DNA of 64,000 nt, from the NCBI GenBank assembly GCA_035942855.1, contig DASZCS010000012.1:33198-97197 (forward strand). Direction: 5' to 3'. The position numbers and the translations under genes are program-made. Shown in pieces: positions 23,351 to 34,032 of the stretch. This DNA comes from Pyrinomonadaceae bacterium. GTDB taxonomy: Bacteria; Acidobacteriota; Blastocatellia; Pyrinomonadales; Pyrinomonadaceae. How positions within the stretch are numbered: position 1 is the stretch's first letter; every line of letters begins with the position of its first letter. Under the pieces are notes generated by a model that was not told the origin of the DNA, did not search any database, and saw only the letters and a program-made list of their open reading frames with translations.

Positions 23351-25462
23351 ATGGAAGCAACGGCCGTCGGCCAAAAGCCCGCGCAACTCGATAACCTCTG
23401 CGTCAACACCATCCGTACACTCTCGATGGACGCCGTGCAGGCGGCCAACTCCGGCCACCCCGGCACGCCTATGGCGATGGCTCCCGTCGCCTACCTGCTC
23501 TGGAACGAAATCATGCGTTTCGATCCGGAAGACCCCATCTGGCCGAACCGCGACCGCTTCGTCCTCTCGATGGGGCACGCCTCGATGCTGCTCTATTCGA
23601 TGCTGCACCTGACGGGCGTGAAAGCCGTCAACGCCAAGTACGAAACGACGGGGAAGCCCTCGGTCGAACTGGACGACATCAAGAACTTTCGTCAACTCGA
23701 CAGCCGTTGTCCCGGTCACCCTGAGTACCGCTGGACTTCCGGCATCGAGACGACCACGGGGCCGCTCGGTCAGGGCATCGCCACGAGCGTCGGCATGGCG
23801 ATCGCCTCGAAGTGGCAGGCGGCCTACTTCAACCGCCCCGGCTTCGAGATGTTCGACTACAACGTCTACGCCCTGTGCGGCGACGGCTGTATCATGGAAG
23901 GCATCTCGCACGAAGCCGCATCCTTAGCCGCCCACCTCAAACTCGACAACCTCTGCTGGATTTACGACAACAACAAGATCACGATTGAGGGCAACACCTC
24001 CTGGGCGTTCTCCGAAGACGTGGCGACGCGCTTCATCGGCTACGGCTGGAACGTCACGCGCGTCGGCGATGCCAACGACCTCGAAACACTGAAGCGCGCC
24101 TTCCAGGTCGCGCGCAAAGAGACCGACCGGCCGACCCTCATCATCGTCGATAGCCATATCGCGTGGGGTGCGCCCAACAAACAGGACACGCACGCAGCGC
24201 ACGGCGAACCGCTCGGCGAAGAAGAGATCAAGTTGACCAAGCGCAACTACGGCTGGCCGGAAGACGAGAAGTTCTTAGTGCCCGACGAAGTGCGCGAGCA
24301 TTTCCGGCAAGGCATCGGCGCGCGCGGCAAACAGGCGCGCGACGAGTGGTTCGCCAAAGTCGAAGCCTATCGCGCAGAGTATCCGGAGTTGGCCGACCAA
24401 CTCGTCCGCATGCAGAAGCGCGAACTGCCCGAAGGTTGGGACAAAGACATCCCCACTTTCCCGGCGGACGCGAAAGGCATGGCCGGGCGCGACGCTTCGG
24501 GCAAAGTCCTGAACGCCATCGCCAAAAACGTCCCGTGGTTCATCGGCGGCTCGGCCGACCTCGCGCCCTCCACAAAGACGCGCCTGACCTTCGAAGGCGC
24601 GGGCGATTTCACGGGCGAAGACGATCAGGAACGGGGGCGCTGGTACGGCGGTCGCAACTTCCACTTCGGCATACGCGAGCACGAGATGTCGGCCATCTTG
24701 AACGGCCTCTCGCTCTCGAAGATTCGCCCCTACGGTTCGGGCTTCATGATCTTCTCAGACTATTCGCGCCCCGCAATCCGTCTGTCTGCGATCATGGAAA
24801 TTCCGACCATCCACATCTTCACGCACGACTCCATCGGCGTCGGCGAAGACGGCCCCACGCACCAACCCATCGAACAACTCGCCAGCATGCGCGCCATCCC
24901 CGGCCTCATCGTGATGCGCCCCGGCGACGCCAACGAGATCGCAGAGGCTTGGCGCGTCGTGATGGGACTCCGCCACGAACCGGCCGTGATGGTCTTGAGC
25001 CGGCAGGCGATGCCGACCCTCGACCGCACGAAATACGCGTCCGTCGAAGGCGTGCGCCGCGGCGCATACGTCCTTGCGGACAACGCGGGCGAGGGCAACC
25101 AGCCCGAAGTCATCCTGATCGGCACGGGCACGGAAGTCGGCCTCGCCGTCGAGGCTTACGAACGACTCGCGGCCGAAGGCGTCAAGGCGCGCGTCGTCAG
25201 TATGCCGTCGTGGGAAATCTTCGAGCATCAGGACGAGGCTTACAAGGAGAGCGTGTTGCCTGCGGCGGTCAAGGCGCGCGTGGCAGTCGAGCAGGCGGGC
25301 ACGTTCGGCTGGCGTCGCTACGCGAGCAGCAACGAAGCCATCATCGGCATGAAGACCTTCGGCGCGAGCGCGCCGCTCAAAGAGTTGACCAAGAAATTCG
25401 GCTTCACCGTGGACAACGTGGTCGAGACGGCGAAACGCGAAATAGAGAAGTTTAGAGGTTAG
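23351..25462 (+). CDS. tkt: transketolase
   Basis: GHPGTPMAMAPVAYLLW, LCGDGCIMEGISHEAASLA and full-length collinearity. AAGGAG lies 9 nt upstream of the ATG. Confidence 0.95.
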   Translation: MEATAVGQKPAQLDNLCVNTIRTLSMDAVQAANSGHPGTPMAMAPVAYLLWNEIMRFDPEDPIWPNRDRFVLSMGHASMLLYSMLHLTGVKAVNAKYETTGKPSVELDDIKNFRQLDSRCPGHPEYRWTSGIETTTGPLGQGIATSVGMAIASKWQAAYFNRPGFEMFDYNVYALCGDGCIMEGISHEAASLAAHLKLDNLCWIYDNNKITIEGNTSWAFSEDVATRFIGYGWNVTRVGDANDLETLKRAFQVARKETDRPTLIIVDSHIAWGAPNKQDTHAAHGEPLGEEEIKLTKRNYGWPEDEKFLVPDEVREHFRQGIGARGKQARDEWFAKVEAYRAEYPELADQLVRMQKRELPEGWDKDIPTFPADAKGMAGRDASGKVLNAIAKNVPWFIGGSADLAPSTKTRLTFEGAGDFTGEDDQERGRWYGGRNFHFGIREHEMSAILNGLSLSKIRPYGSGFMIFSDYSRPAIRLSAIMEIPTIHIFTHDSIGVGEDGPTHQPIEQLASMRAIPGLIVMRPGDANEIAEAWRVVMGLRHEPAVMVLSRQAMPTLDRTKYASVEGVRRGAYVLADNAGEGNQPEVILIGTGTEVGLAVEAYERLAAEGVKARVVSMPSWEIFEHQDEAYKESVLPAAVKARVAVEQAGTFGWRRYASSNEAIIGMKTFGASAPLKELTKKFGFTVDNVVETAKREIEKFRG

Positions 25463-25587
25463 AGGTCAGAGGTTAGAGGTCGGTAAAAAAATATAGGCAA
25501 GAATATGAGTAGCCGGTCGGCGGCCATCGGTCGGAGGTCAGTGTAAGCCAATCTTTACTAACCTCTGACCTCTAACCTCTGACCTCT
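25454..25587. repeat. heptamer-array palindrome, AGAGGTY family (tkt / tal-pgi spacer)
   Basis: Left arm is AGAGGTT AGAGGTC AGAGGTT AGAGGTC. Right arm is ACCTCTG ACCTCTA ACCTCTG ACCTCT. The loop is about 80 nt. The tkt stop codon TAG lies inside the first units. Confidence 0.85.
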
Positions 25588-25604
25588 GCGACGAAGGAGC
25601 AAAC

Positions 25605-28472
25605 ATGAGTAACCCCCTTGTGGAAATTATGAAACTCGGCCAGTCCATCTGGTACGACAACATCCGCCGAGCGATGCTGATCAGCGGCGATTTGACGAAG
25701 AAGATCGAGGAGGACGACCTGCGCGGCGTGACCTCCAACCCGACCATTTTCGAGAAGGCAATCACCGGCTCGAACGACTACGACGAGCAGTTGCGCCAAC
25801 TCGTGCAGGCCGGAAAAGGCGTCTCCGAGATTTATGAAGACCTCGTGGTGGACGACATCGGGCGAGCCGCAGACATCCTCAAGCCGGTCTACGACAAGAC
25901 CGACGGCATCGACGGCTACATCAGTCTCGAAGTCAATCCCGGCCTCGCCTACAAGACGCAGGAGACGATTGACGAGGCCGACCGCCTCTTCAAACGGCTC
26001 GGCCGCAAGAATGTGATGATCAAGATTCCGGCGGCGCAGGAAGGCTTGCCCGCCATCGAGGAATGCATCTATCGCGGCATCAACGTCAACGTCACGATGA
26101 TCTTCTCGATTGAGAATTACGAGCAGGTGGCCGACGCCTTCATACGCGGCCTCGAACGCCGCGACGCCGAAGGCAAGCCTGTGGATCACATCGCCTCAGT
26201 CGCCAGTTTCTTCGTCTCGCGCGTGGATTCGGCCATCGACACAGACCTCGAATACAAAGCGCGCCACGCCTCTTCGCCCGAAGAGAAGGCGCGGCTCGAA
26301 GGCATGTTAGGCAAGGCGGCGATTGCGAACGCGAAACTCGCCTACGCGAAGTACAAAGAGATTTTCCACGGCGAGCGTTTCGCGCCGCTCCGTGCGAAGG
26401 GCGCGCAGGTGCAACGTCAACTGTGGGCTTCGACCGGCACGAAGAATCCGAAATATTCCGACGTGCTTTACGTTGACAACCTGATCGGCCCGGAGACGGT
26501 CAACACCGTCCCGCCCGCCACCTACACGGCCATCCGCGACCACGGCACGCCGAAGCTCACGCTCGAAGAGGGCTTGGACGAAAGCCGTCAACTCTTCGAC
26601 GACCTACGCGGCGTCGGCATCGACATCAAGGCCGTCACCGAGAAGTTGCAGAAGGACGGTTTGAGTTCCTTCGTCACCTCGTTCGACACCTTGGCCGAGT
26701 CAATCGAATCGAAGCGCGACGCGATCCTCTCGGGGATCAACGAGCGTCTGACGGCCAGTTTGGGGAAGTATAGCGACGCGGTCACGGCGGCGATCAAGGA
26801 AGCGGACAAGGGCGACGTGATGCGCCGCATCTGGCGCAAGGACGCGGCGCTCTGGAAGTCGGAAGAGGCGCACCAGAAGATCATCAAGAACGCGCTCGGC
26901 TGGTTGACCGTGCCCGACATGATGATCGGCGTCGAAGACGACCTCGTGCAGTTTGCCGACCGCATTAGGAACGTCCGCGAGTTCAAGCACACGATGGTCT
27001 GCGGCATGGGCGGTTCGTCCCTGTGCCCGGAAGTTTTGCGCCAGACGTTCGGCAAGCAGGAAGGCTATCCCGAACTGCTCGTCCTCGATTCGACCGACCC
27101 CGACGCCTTCTCGGACATCGCCGATCAGATCGACATCACGAAATGCCTCTTCATCATCTCGTCGAAGTCGGGCACGACGACCGAGCCGCTCGTCTTCTAC
27201 AAGTATTGGTACGATCAGGTCGGGAAGCGCAAAGAGAATCCCGGTGAGTGCTTCGTGGCCGTCACCGATCCGGGGACGCTCATGGAGCAGATGGCGACCG
27301 ACGACAAGTTCAAGCGCATCTTCCTGAATCCGGCCGACATCGGCGGGCGCTATTCGGCGCTCTCCTACTTCGGCATGGTTCCGGCCGCGCTGATGGGCCT
27401 GGACGTGAAGAAACTGTTAGACCGCGCCGAACGCGTCGTGCACGCCTGCGCATCGGTCGTCCCGGCGACGGAAAATCCCGGCGCGCGTCTCGGCGCGATC
27501 ATGGGCGAGTGTGCCAATGCCGGACGCGACAAGTTGACCATCAGCACCGATCCACGGATCGCTTCGTTCGGCCTGTGGGTCGAGCAGCTGTTGGCCGAAA
27601 GCACGGGCAAGGACGGCAAAGGCATCGTGCCCGTGGCGGGCGAAACGCTCGGCTCGCCTTCCGTCTACGGCGACGACCGCCTGTTCGTACACATCAGTGT
27701 CGAGAAGATCGACAGCGAGACCGAAGCGAAGTTGAAGGCGCTGGAAGCGGCCGGACACCCGGTCGTTTATCGCACGCTGACAGACCTCTACGACCTCGGC
27801 GAAGAGTTTTTCCTCTGGGAGATCGCGACGGCCTTTGCGGGCTGGCGTCTCGGCATCAACCCGTTCGACCAGCCGAACGTGCAGGAGTCGAAAGACGCCA
27901 CGAAGGAACTTCTGGAAACCTTCTCGCGCGACGGGAAACTCCCCGAACAGGAAGTGCTCGCCACGGACGGCGTCATCACCATCTACGCCGACGAACAGAC
28001 GCGCAAGGAACTGGCGAGTGATTCGGTCGGCGCAGCGATCAAGGCGCACCTGGCGCGCGCCGGGGCTGGCGACTACATCGCCCTGCTCGACTATTTCGAG
28101 GAGACGCCCGAATACGAAAAGGTCATCCAGTCGATTCGCACGCACCTGCGCGACACGACGCGCTGCGCCACGACCACGGGGTACGGGCCGCGCTTCCTCC
28201 ATTCGACCGGACAGTTGCACAAGGGCGGTTCGGCCGCCGGAGTCTTCCTGCAACTGACCGCGCCGGACATCAAGGATTTACCGATTCCGGGGCAGCCTTA
28301 CACTTTCAGCACTTTGAAACAGGCGCAGGCGCTCGGCGATTTCCGCTCGCTCTCGACGCGCGGCCGCCGCGCCATCCGCGTCGATCTCGGCGCGGACGTA
28401 CAAGCCGGACTCAACCGCCTCCAGGAGTTGATCGGCCAAGCCCTTCCACGCTCCGGCGCGACAGGAGCTTAA
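25605..28472 (+). CDS. tal-pgi: bifunctional transaldolase / glucose-6-phosphate isomerase
   Basis: The N-terminal transaldolase part has GVTSNPTIF and the Schiff-base lysine context VMIKIPA. The C-terminal PGI part has FIISSKSGTTTEP and GGRYSALS. Total length is 955 aa. Confidence 0.9.
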   Translation: MSNPLVEIMKLGQSIWYDNIRRAMLISGDLTKKIEEDDLRGVTSNPTIFEKAITGSNDYDEQLRQLVQAGKGVSEIYEDLVVDDIGRAADILKPVYDKTDGIDGYISLEVNPGLAYKTQETIDEADRLFKRLGRKNVMIKIPAAQEGLPAIEECIYRGINVNVTMIFSIENYEQVADAFIRGLERRDAEGKPVDHIASVASFFVSRVDSAIDTDLEYKARHASSPEEKARLEGMLGKAAIANAKLAYAKYKEIFHGERFAPLRAKGAQVQRQLWASTGTKNPKYSDVLYVDNLIGPETVNTVPPATYTAIRDHGTPKLTLEEGLDESRQLFDDLRGVGIDIKAVTEKLQKDGLSSFVTSFDTLAESIESKRDAILSGINERLTASLGKYSDAVTAAIKEADKGDVMRRIWRKDAALWKSEEAHQKIIKNALGWLTVPDMMIGVEDDLVQFADRIRNVREFKHTMVCGMGGSSLCPEVLRQTFGKQEGYPELLVLDSTDPDAFSDIADQIDITKCLFIISSKSGTTTEPLVFYKYWYDQVGKRKENPGECFVAVTDPGTLMEQMATDDKFKRIFLNPADIGGRYSALSYFGMVPAALMGLDVKKLLDRAERVVHACASVVPATENPGARLGAIMGECANAGRDKLTISTDPRIASFGLWVEQLLAESTGKDGKGIVPVAGETLGSPSVYGDDRLFVHISVEKIDSETEAKLKALEAAGHPVVYRTLTDLYDLGEEFFLWEIATAFAGWRLGINPFDQPNVQESKDATKELLETFSRDGKLPEQEVLATDGVITIYADEQTRKELASDSVGAAIKAHLARAGAGDYIALLDYFEETPEYEKVIQSIRTHLRDTTRCATTTGYGPRFLHSTGQLHKGGSAAGVFLQLTAPDIKDLPIPGQPYTFSTLKQAQALGDFRSLSTRGRRAIRVDLGADVQAGLNRLQELIGQALPRSGATGA

Positions 28473-28478
28473 TTGAAA

Positions 28479-28569
28479 GGATGAGGGATGAGGGATGAGG
28501 GATGAACAAGAAAGTAGCTGCTCTCTTGGGTCGTTCTAATTCATCCCTCATCCTTCATCCCTCATCCCC
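28479..28569. repeat. heptamer-array palindrome, GGATGAG family (tal-pgi / gnd spacer)
   Basis: Left arm is (GGATGAG)x3 GGATGAA. Right arm is TTCATCC CTCATCC TTCATCC CTCATCC CC. No U-tract follows. Confidence 0.85.
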
Positions 28570-28590
28570 TTAATTGAGTGAGGAAATTTT

Positions 28591-30042
28591 ATGTCTACAC
28601 CTGAACAGACTACTAAGACGGCGAAGATCGGCATGATCGGCCTGGGCGTGATGGGCGAGAACCTGGCGCGCAACATCGAGCGCAACGGCTATTCCATCGC
28701 CGTCTGGAACCGCGAGCCGGCCAAAGTTGACGAGTTCGTCGAACGTTTGGAAGGCCATCAAGTGATCGGCGCGCACACGCCCGAAGAGTTCGTGAAATCT
28801 CTGGAGCGACCGCGCAAAGCGATCCTGCTCGTCAAAGCGGGACAGCCCGTGGATTGGACGGTCGATCAGATCAAGCCCTTCATGGAAGAAGGCGACATCA
28901 TCATCGACGGCGGCAACTCCTATTTCCAGGACACCGAGCGGCGCGAGAAGGATTTGAAGGCGCAGGGCTTCAACTTCATCGGCTCCGGCGTCTCCGGCGG
29001 CGAGAAGGGCGCTCTGTGGGGGCCTTCGCTGATGCCCGGCGGCGACCGTCAGGCCTACGAGCAGATTCGGCCGATCTGGGAAGCCATCGCCGCGAAAGTT
29101 GACGACGGCCCGTGCGTCACCTACATCGGCCCCGGCGGCGCGGGTCACTTCGTCAAGATGGTGCACAACGGCATCGAGTACGGCGACATGCAACTCATTG
29201 CCGAAGCCTATGACCTGATGCGCACCGTTCTCGGCATGGAAGCGCAAGAGATGGCCGACGTGTTCGACGAATGGAACCGTGGCGATCTCGAATCGTTCCT
29301 CATCGAGATCACCGCGCAGATTTTGCGCGTGAAGGACGAAGAGACCGGCAAGCCTCTGGTTGACCTCGTGCTCGACAAGGCGGGGCAGAAGGGCACCGGC
29401 AAGTGGACTTCCGACATCGCGCTCGACCTCGGCATAGTCACCCCGACGATTGACGCGGCCGTGGACACGCGCAACCTGTCCGCGCGCAAAGAGGAACGCG
29501 TCGAAGCCTCGAAGCAGATCAAAGGGCCGGAGCGCGCTAAGTTTTCGGGCGACCGCAAAGAGATGGTGCAGGCCATCCACGATGCGCTCTACGCCTCGAA
29601 AATCTGCTCCTACGCGCAGGGCATGAATCTCATCCGCGCCGGATCGGACGCCTACAACTGGAACATCGACCTCGGCGAATGTTCGCGCATCTGGAAAGGC
29701 GGCTGCATCATCCGCGCGCAGTTCCTCGACAAGATCAAGCAGGCGTACCAGCGCCGCGCAGACTTGCCGAACCTCCTGCTCGATCCAGATTTCAACGCGT
29801 GGGTCGAACAGGCGCAGCCCAACTGGCGGCGCGCCGTTTCAACCGCCATCCAGACGGGCGTGGCCGTGCCCGGCATGTCCGCCAGCATCGGCTACTTCGA
29901 CACCTATCGCACGGCCAACCTGCCGCTGAATCTGACGCAGGCGCAGCGCGACTTCTTCGGCTCGCACACCTACGAGCGCGTCGATAAACCCGGACAAGAA
30001 CCCGTCCACACCGAGTGGGAAGAGATGCTCAAGAAAGGATGA
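28591..30042 (+). CDS. gnd: 6-phosphogluconate dehydrogenase (decarboxylating)
   Basis: IGMIGLGVMGENLARN, DGGNSYFQDT and GSGVSGGEKGALWGPSLMPGG. Confidence 0.95.
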   Translation: MSTPEQTTKTAKIGMIGLGVMGENLARNIERNGYSIAVWNREPAKVDEFVERLEGHQVIGAHTPEEFVKSLERPRKAILLVKAGQPVDWTVDQIKPFMEEGDIIIDGGNSYFQDTERREKDLKAQGFNFIGSGVSGGEKGALWGPSLMPGGDRQAYEQIRPIWEAIAAKVDDGPCVTYIGPGGAGHFVKMVHNGIEYGDMQLIAEAYDLMRTVLGMEAQEMADVFDEWNRGDLESFLIEITAQILRVKDEETGKPLVDLVLDKAGQKGTGKWTSDIALDLGIVTPTIDAAVDTRNLSARKEERVEASKQIKGPERAKFSGDRKEMVQAIHDALYASKICSYAQGMNLIRAGSDAYNWNIDLGECSRIWKGGCIIRAQFLDKIKQAYQRRADLPNLLLDPDFNAWVEQAQPNWRRAVSTAIQTGVAVPGMSASIGYFDTYRTANLPLNLTQAQRDFFGSHTYERVDKPGQEPVHTEWEEMLKKG

Positions 30043-30138
30043 GGCGGAGGGATGAGGGATGAGGGATGAGGGATGAATAAAAACTGCTCAAGCAGTTGAA
30101 TCATTCCGGTTTATCCCTCATCCCTCATCCCTCATCCC
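30037..30138. repeat. heptamer-array palindrome, GGATGAG family (gnd / zwf spacer)
   Basis: Left arm is GGATGAG GCGGAG (GGATGAG)x3 GGATGAA. Right arm is TTATCC (CTCATCC)x3 C. The gnd stop TGA (30040-30042) is the TGA of the first unit. Confidence 0.85.
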
Positions 30139-30147
30139 TTAACTATC

Positions 30148-31695
30148 ATGTCTGCCATATTACAGGAGAACCCTTTGCGAGCGGGCGTGCGTCTGGAACG
30201 CACCGCAGAGCCGTGCGTGGTCGTGATCTTCGGCGCGACCGGCGATTTGACGAAGCGCAAACTCGTGCCCGCGCTCTATCGTCTCGTGCAGGAACGGCTC
30301 GTGCCCGCCGAGTTTGCCATCGTCGGCGCGGCGCGTTCAGAACTCTCGAGCGAAGAGTTTCGCGCGAACATGAAAGAGGCTGTCGCGCAGTTTTCCGAAG
30401 CCAAGAGCGTCGATGAAGAGGTATGGGAATCCTTCGCGCAAGGGTTGCACTACCAGAAAGTTGACATCGGCACGAGCGAAGACTACACGAAGCTCGGCGA
30501 ACTGCTCGAACGCATCGATGGCGAGCGCGGCACGCAGGGCAACCGCGTCTTTTATCTCTCGACCGCGCCCGCGCTCTACGCCGAGGCCGTCCGCCAACTC
30601 GGCAATGCGGGTCTCGCAAAGCCGGAAGAGGGCAAGGGCTGGGTGCGCGTCATCATCGAGAAGCCCTTTGGGACAGACCTCGCCAGCGCGCAGGCTTTGA
30701 ACCGCGACATACATCAACATCTGGACGAGTCGCAGATTTATCGCATCGACCATTATCTCGGTAAAGAGACGGTACAAAACCTGCTCGTCTTCCGTTTCGC
30801 CAACGGCATCTACGAGCCACTCTGGAATCGGCAGTACATCGACCACATACAGATCACGAACGCCGAGACGGTGGGCGTCGAGGGGCGCGGCGGCTACTAC
30901 GAGAAGGCGGGCGTGGTGCGCGACATGTTGCAGAACCACGTCTTTCAGGTTCTCTCGCTCGTGGCGATGGAACCGCCCGCGAGTCTCAACTCCGAGTCGG
31001 TGCGCGACGAGAAGATCAAGGCCATGACTGCGGTTCGCCCGTTTACGCCCGAACGCATCCGCGCAGAGTGTGTGCGCGGGCAATACGGCGCAGGCTCAAT
31101 TAACGGCAAGGGCGTGCCGGGCTACCGCGAGGAAGAGGGCGTCGCGCCGGATTCGGCCACAGAGACTTACGCCATGCTCACGATGTACTTCGACAACTGG
31201 CGCTGGTCGGGCGTGCCCTTCTACATCCGTTCGGGCAAGCGACTCGCCAAGCGCGTCACGGAGATCGCCATCCAGTTCAAAGACGCGCCGCATCGTCTCT
31301 TCGGCTCGGAGATGATGGAGCAGATGACGCCGAACCAACTGATCATCCGCGTCCAGCCAGACGAAGGCATCACGATGCGCGTCGCGGCCAAAGTGCCGGG
31401 ACAGGTCACGCGCATCCGCGACGTGAACATGGATTTTCGCTACGGCGCGTCCTTCGGCGTCCAACTGGCCGAAGCCTACGAACGTCTTTTGCTCGACTGC
31501 ATCCTCGGCGACCCGACTCTCTACGCGCGCACCGACATGACCGAGCGCGGCTGGGAGATCGTGATGCCCATCCTCGAAGAATGGGCGGCCACGAAAGCCG
31601 AAGCGCCGTTCCCCAACTACGAAGCCGGAACGTGGGGGCCGCAAGCCTCGCACGATCTACTCGAACGCGCCGGACGCCGCTGGCGCAGACCGTAA
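30148..31695 (+). CDS. zwf: glucose-6-phosphate 1-dehydrogenase
   Basis: VIFGATGDLTKRKL, RIDHYLGKE and MLQNHVFQVLSLVAMEPP. Confidence 0.95.
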   Translation: MSAILQENPLRAGVRLERTAEPCVVVIFGATGDLTKRKLVPALYRLVQERLVPAEFAIVGAARSELSSEEFRANMKEAVAQFSEAKSVDEEVWESFAQGLHYQKVDIGTSEDYTKLGELLERIDGERGTQGNRVFYLSTAPALYAEAVRQLGNAGLAKPEEGKGWVRVIIEKPFGTDLASAQALNRDIHQHLDESQIYRIDHYLGKETVQNLLVFRFANGIYEPLWNRQYIDHIQITNAETVGVEGRGGYYEKAGVVRDMLQNHVFQVLSLVAMEPPASLNSESVRDEKIKAMTAVRPFTPERIRAECVRGQYGAGSINGKGVPGYREEEGVAPDSATETYAMLTMYFDNWRWSGVPFYIRSGKRLAKRVTEIAIQFKDAPHRLFGSEMMEQMTPNQLIIRVQPDEGITMRVAAKVPGQVTRIRDVNMDFRYGASFGVQLAEAYERLLLDCILGDPTLYARTDMTERGWEIVMPILEEWAATKAEAPFPNYEAGTWGPQASHDLLERAGRRWRRP

Positions 31696-31699
31696 AAGC

Positions 31700-31790
31700 G
31701 GTGAATGGTAAATGGTAAATGGTGAATAGAAGAAGACACGTTTTATCCATTCGCCGTTTACCATTCACCATTTACCATTCACCATTTACC
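31700..31790. repeat. heptamer-array palindrome, GGTRAAT family (zwf / opcA spacer)
   Basis: Left arm is GGTGAAT GGTAAAT GGTAAAT GGTGAAT. Right arm is TTTACC ATTCACC ATTTACC ATTCACC ATTTACC. Confidence 0.85.
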
Positions 31791-31800
31791 AAGTGATTTT

Positions 31801-32964
31801 ATGAGTGCAGACATTCAACAGAACGCCGCTGCTGGAGCGAAGAACGTGCCGAAGGGGATCGACGTAGGGCGTTTGGAGAAGGAGTTGGCGGCGAGCTGGC
31901 AGAACGCAGGAGGCGCGGAAGAGTCCGGCATCACGCGCGTGTGCGTGTTGAACCTGATCGCCTACGTCGCGCCGGGAGAGGATCGCCAAAAGATAGACGA
32001 ACTGCTCGACGTGGTGACGCAGTATGCGCCCGCGCGCATACTGCTGCTCGTCGCGGATCGCGATTCGGCGGAGGCCAAACTCGACGCTTACGTCTCGACG
32101 CGCTGTCAGGCCGCAAGCCGTGGCGGCGCGAAACAGGTGTGCGGCGAGCAGGTGACGATTGAGGCCGGCGGCGCGGCGCTCGACACGGCCGCCAGCGCCA
32201 TCGAGCCTCTGGTCATGCCGGACGTGCCGGTCTTCCTGTGGTGGAAAGATATTCCGCACGAGGAAGACAAATTGTTCAATCGTCTCGTCGAGCTGTCCGA
32301 CAGGGTCGTCATTGATTCGGCCGTCTTCGACCACCCGCACGAAGACATGAAGCGCTTGGCGCAGATCATCGGAGAGCGGCGACAGTTCATTCTGGCGAGT
32401 GATCTGAACTGGGGTCGGCTCACCTCCTGGCGCAGCTTGATCGCGAGTTTCTGGGACGTGCCCGATTATCGCCCGCACCTCGACGCCATCGACGACGTGC
32501 TCGTCGAATACGATCCGCCCGACGTCTCTTCGACAGAGATCGCGGCGCAGGCTTTGCTCGTTGTTGGTTGGCTGGCGTCTGCTTTGAAGTGGCAGCCGAC
32601 GGGCGAAGCCGTGCGTGAAGGGAACAGCGCGCGCTGGACGTTGCAGGCGGGCGAGCGCCGGATCAAGGTCGAGTTTCGCCCGGCAACTGATCGTGCAGGC
32701 TGCGACGGCTACATCGCCACGCTCACGCTAAAATCGAGCGGGACGAACGCGGAGTTTTACGCGGGCGTGAACGAAGGTTGGACGAAGCTCGAAACCTCTG
32801 CCAAACTCGGCGAGGCGCACACGGTCGGCCGTGTCGTTTCATACGAAGCGAAGTCGGAAGGCGAACGTCTCAGCCGCGAACTGAGCATCCTGTCGCGCGA
32901 CGAAGTTTACGAGCGTGCGCTCGCATCGGTCGGGCAGTTGATCGAAGTCTTGCAGAAAAGCTAG
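31801..32964 (+). CDS. opcA: OpcA-like glucose-6-phosphate dehydrogenase assembly protein
   Basis: It is immediately downstream of zwf, as opcA is in cyanobacteria and actinobacteria, and its size (387 aa) fits. The call rests on context and general resemblance, not on a catalytic motif. Confidence 0.55.
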   Translation: MSADIQQNAAAGAKNVPKGIDVGRLEKELAASWQNAGGAEESGITRVCVLNLIAYVAPGEDRQKIDELLDVVTQYAPARILLLVADRDSAEAKLDAYVSTRCQAASRGGAKQVCGEQVTIEAGGAALDTAASAIEPLVMPDVPVFLWWKDIPHEEDKLFNRLVELSDRVVIDSAVFDHPHEDMKRLAQIIGERRQFILASDLNWGRLTSWRSLIASFWDVPDYRPHLDAIDDVLVEYDPPDVSSTEIAAQALLVVGWLASALKWQPTGEAVREGNSARWTLQAGERRIKVEFRPATDRAGCDGYIATLTLKSSGTNAEFYAGVNEGWTKLETSAKLGEAHTVGRVVSYEAKSEGERLSRELSILSRDEVYERALASVGQLIEVLQKS

Positions 32965-32994
32965 TCGAATCTGAAATACGCAATTTTCAAAGAT

Positions 32995-33972
32995 ATGATA
33001 TTGGCCGGAGACATCGGGGGGACGAAAACGAACGTCGCCCTTTTCGAGAGTGAAGAACTCGGGAAACCGATTGCGCAGCGCAGTTTTCCGAGCGGCAAAT
33101 ACGAGTCGCTCGAATCCATCATCTCGGAGTTCATCGCAGAGCACAAGCCTGAGGTGTCGCACGCCTGCTTCGGCATCGCCGGGCCGGTCAAAGAGGGACA
33201 GGTCAGGACGCCGAACCTCAAGTGGGTCGTCAACGGGCAGACGCTCGCGGAGACTCTCAAGATCGAGCGCGTCGGTTTGATCAACGACCTCGAAGCGACC
33301 GCCTACGGCATCGAGGGCTTGGGCGCGACGCAACTGCACGCGCTGAACGAAGGCAAAGAGGAACAGGGCGCGCACCGCGCTCTGATCGCCGCCGGGACGG
33401 GACTCGGCATGGCCGGGCTGTTCTACGACGGTCGGCACTATCGCCCCATCGCCTCCGAAGGCGGCCACATCGACTACGCGCCGCGCTCAGCCACGGAACA
33501 CGAACTGTTGAATTACATGCGCGAGAAGATCGGCGGGCGCGTCAGCTACGAACGCGTGCTGTCAGGGCCGGGGTTGTTCAACATCTACAGTTTCCTGCGC
33601 GACCAAAAGTACGCGGAAGAACCCGACTGGCTGGCCGAACAGATCAAGGCGGGCGACGGCTCGGCCGCCGTCTCGAAGGCCGGACTCGCGGGCACGGCGG
33701 AACTCGCCGTCAAAGCCCTCGACATGTTCGCGGACATCTACGGCTCGATGGCCGGAAACCTCGCGCTCATCCTGAAAGCGACGGGCGGCCTCTACGTTGG
33801 CGGCGGCATCGCGCCGAAGCTCATTGAGAAGTTGAAGGACGGCACGTTCATGCGCGCCTTCACGGACAAGGGGCGCATGTCCGCCCTCGTCTCGAACATC
33901 CCGGTGCGCGTCATTCTCGACGACAAGACGGCGCTCTACGGCGCTGCACGCTGCGCCGTCGATAACACTTGA
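32995..33972 (+). CDS. glk: glucokinase
   Basis: N-terminal ILAGDIGGTKTN (ATP phosphate-1 motif), GGHIDYAP and YVGGGIAPK. Confidence 0.85.
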   Translation: MILAGDIGGTKTNVALFESEELGKPIAQRSFPSGKYESLESIISEFIAEHKPEVSHACFGIAGPVKEGQVRTPNLKWVVNGQTLAETLKIERVGLINDLEATAYGIEGLGATQLHALNEGKEEQGAHRALIAAGTGLGMAGLFYDGRHYRPIASEGGHIDYAPRSATEHELLNYMREKIGGRVSYERVLSGPGLFNIYSFLRDQKYAEEPDWLAEQIKAGDGSAAVSKAGLAGTAELAVKALDMFADIYGSMAGNLALILKATGGLYVGGGIAPKLIEKLKDGTFMRAFTDKGRMSALVSNIPVRVILDDKTALYGAARCAVDNT

Positions 33973-34032
33973 TGCTCCTTAGGCGACAGGGCGCACCGGA
34001 AAACGTCTGTCTCCGATTCACTTTAACTTTCC

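Noticed and set aside
23108-23911. A 267-aa minus-strand ORF spanning the tkt leader and the 5' end of tkt.
   Set aside because: It overlaps the strongly supported transketolase start region on the opposite strand and has no motif support.
25454-25587. The heptamer arrays as CRISPR arrays or as minisatellites.
   Set aside because: The units are 7 nt with no spacers. Each array is paired with an inverted array, and no cas genes are present. The structure is a palindrome, not a repeat-spacer array.
28469-28577. TTAATTGA on both sides of the 28479 palindrome as a target-site duplication, which would prove transposition.
   Set aside because: The other two GGATGAG-family copies (30037 and 34796) show no flanking direct repeat. 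The left TTAA is simply the tal-pgi stop codon context.
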